The translations under genes and the position numbers were made by a program. This document shows, piece after piece, positions 62,729 to 64,000 of a DNA stretch of 64,000 bases. The notes beneath the pieces were generated by a model. That model was not told the DNA's origin. It ran no database searches and saw only the letters and a list, made by a program, of their open reading frames with translations. Origin of the DNA: an uncultured delta proteobacterium (GTDB taxonomy: Bacteria > Myxococcota_A > Polyangia > Polyangiales > Polyangiaceae). Position 1 is the stretch's first letter; the number at the start of each line of letters is the position of its first letter. The stretch spans positions 512,001 through 576,000 of the forward strand of contig CAWJCS010000006.1 in the NCBI GenBank assembly GCA_963841435.1, given 5' to 3'.

Positions 62729-64000
62729 TGCCGCAGCGCGCGCTCGGGCAGGTCCTGGTGCGCCGCGGCGCCGTCGATGCCGAAGCGCTCGAGCCGCTCT
62801 ACCTGGCGCAGCTCGAAAAGCCGCGCCGCCTCGTCGAGCTCGTGCTCGAGGCGAAGCTCGCGACGGCGAGCGACGTGGCGCGCGCGCTCGCGGCGGAGTG
62901 CGGCCTACCCTACGTGGAGCGTATCGACCTTGCCGCCGTGGCCACGGAGGCCGCGACGCGGCTGCCCATCACGTACGCGAAGGTGCACGGCGTGCTCGCG
63001 ACGGCCGAATCGGCCGACGAGGTCCAGGTGATCTGCTCGGACCCCCTCGATACGAGCGCCCTCGACGACGTGCGCGCAACGTTCCAGAAGCCGCTCGCGA
63101 TCTCGGTGGCGCCCGTCGAGGTCGTCGTCAACGCCATCAATCGCGTCTACGAGCGCGGCACGCCGATGAGCGAGCTCGAGCCCACGGAGAAGAGCGACGA
63201 CGACGAGGAGATCGACATCCTCGACTCGGACGAGGACGCGCCCATCATTCGTTGGGTCAACGGCCTCTTGTCCCAGGCCGTCAAGGAGCGAGCGAGCGAC
63301 ATCCACATCGAGCCCGAGGAGCGCGAGGTGCTCGTGCGCTACCGCGTCGACGGGCAGCTTTACGTGGCGCGTCGCGCGAGTCGCCAGTTCATGAGCGCCG
63401 TCATCGCGCGCGTGAAGATCATGGCGGGGCTCAACATCGCCGAGAAACGCCTGCCGCAGGACGGCCGCATCTCACGCAAGATCGGCGGGCGCAGCATCGA
63501 CGTGCGCGTTTCCACCATCCCCACCAGCCGCGATCACGAGCGCGTCGTGATGCGTCTTTTGCACAAGTCAACGGTGCTGCTCGATCTCGCGGAGCTCGGC
63601 TTTTCGAGCCGCGATTTTGCGCTGATGGATCAGATGATTCGGCGCCCCGACGGCATCATGCTCGTGACGGGCCCCACGGGTAGCGGCAAGACCACGACGC
63701 TCTACGCGTGCCTCAATCGCATCAACACTCAGGACATCAACATCCTCACGGCGGAAGATCCGGTCGAGTACGAGATTGGCGGGATCCACCAGGTGCACGT
63801 GCAGCCGAAAATCGGGCTCACCTTCGCGAATGCCCTGCGCGCCTTCTTGCGTCAGGATCCGGACGTGATTCTGGTGGGTGAGATCCGCGACAAGGAAACC
63901 GCCGAGATCGCCATCCACGCGTCGATGACGGGCCATCTGGTGCTTTCCACCCTGCACACCAACGACGCGGCGTCCGCCGTCACGCGCCTCGTCGAGATGG
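62725..64000 (+). CDS. gspE: Type II secretion ATPase E (runs off the window end)
   Basis: My translation includes ASDIHIEP, RYRVDG, IAEKRLPQDGRI, TGPTGSGKTTTLY, EDPVEY, LRQDPDVILVGEIRD, TGHLVLSTLHTND. Confidence 0.95.
   Translation, partial: MMPQRALGQVLVRRGAVDAEALEPLYLAQLEKPRRLVELVLEAKLATASDVARALAAECGLPYVERIDLAAVATEAATRLPITYAKVHGVLATAESADEVQVICSDPLDTSALDDVRATFQKPLAISVAPVEVVVNAINRVYERGTPMSELEPTEKSDDDEEIDILDSDEDAPIIRWVNGLLSQAVKERASDIHIEPEEREVLVRYRVDGQLYVARRASRQFMSAVIARVKIMAGLNIAEKRLPQDGRISRKIGGRSIDVRVSTIPTSRDHERVVMRLLHKSTVLLDLAELGFSSRDFALMDQMIRRPDGIMLVTGPTGSGKTTTLYACLNRINTQDINILTAEDPVEYEIGGIHQVHVQPKIGLTFANALRAFLRQDPDVILVGEIRDKETAEIAIHASMTGHLVLSTLHTNDAASAVTRLVEM

Overview
High-GC, gene-dense bacterial chromosomal segment. 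The gene content (paired VWA lipoproteins, giant TPR proteins, an AgmX/PglI-type lipoprotein, a zinc-ribbon-TPR protein and a Myxococcus-type LexA box) points to Myxococcota, probably a Polyangiales/Sorangium-like organism (inference). About 40 CDS, in order: a DTW-domain tRNA-modification protein with an exonuclease-like tail (cut by the window edge), UxaE-like epimerase, HAD phosphatase, a decayed YfbK-type VWA remnant, ggt, GT4 glycosyltransferase, DUF971, rpsU, an Asp-box protein, alpha-2-macroglobulin plus pbpC, two giant TPR paralogues, a degenerate parvulin, a zinc-ribbon/TM/TPR protein, AgmX-C-like and OmpA lipoproteins, rpoD, dnaG, a PA0069-type radical SAM gene, a MacAB-like ABC operon, a GH63-like hydrolase, a class IV aminotransferase, RidA, recR, dnaX, an orphan histidine kinase, bioA, two divergent VWA lipoproteins, a 2Fe-2S ferredoxin, an NtrC-family activator and gspC-gspD-gspE. 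I saw no rRNA, tRNA, CRISPR array or mobile element. Main observations: (1) a candidate sigma-54 regulatory circuit for the type II secretion operon, with a -24/-12 promoter and paired GACA-N3-TGTC sites, the same motif also covering the activator's own promoter; (2) an unexplained ~195-nt structured RNA candidate at 28813-29007; (3) a LexA-box promoter probably driving a leaderless radical SAM transcript; (4) the DTW-DEDDh fusion; (5) five +1 frameshifts clustered in 14-27 kb that look like sequencing errors. All functional calls come from motif recognition by eye; no database searches were run.
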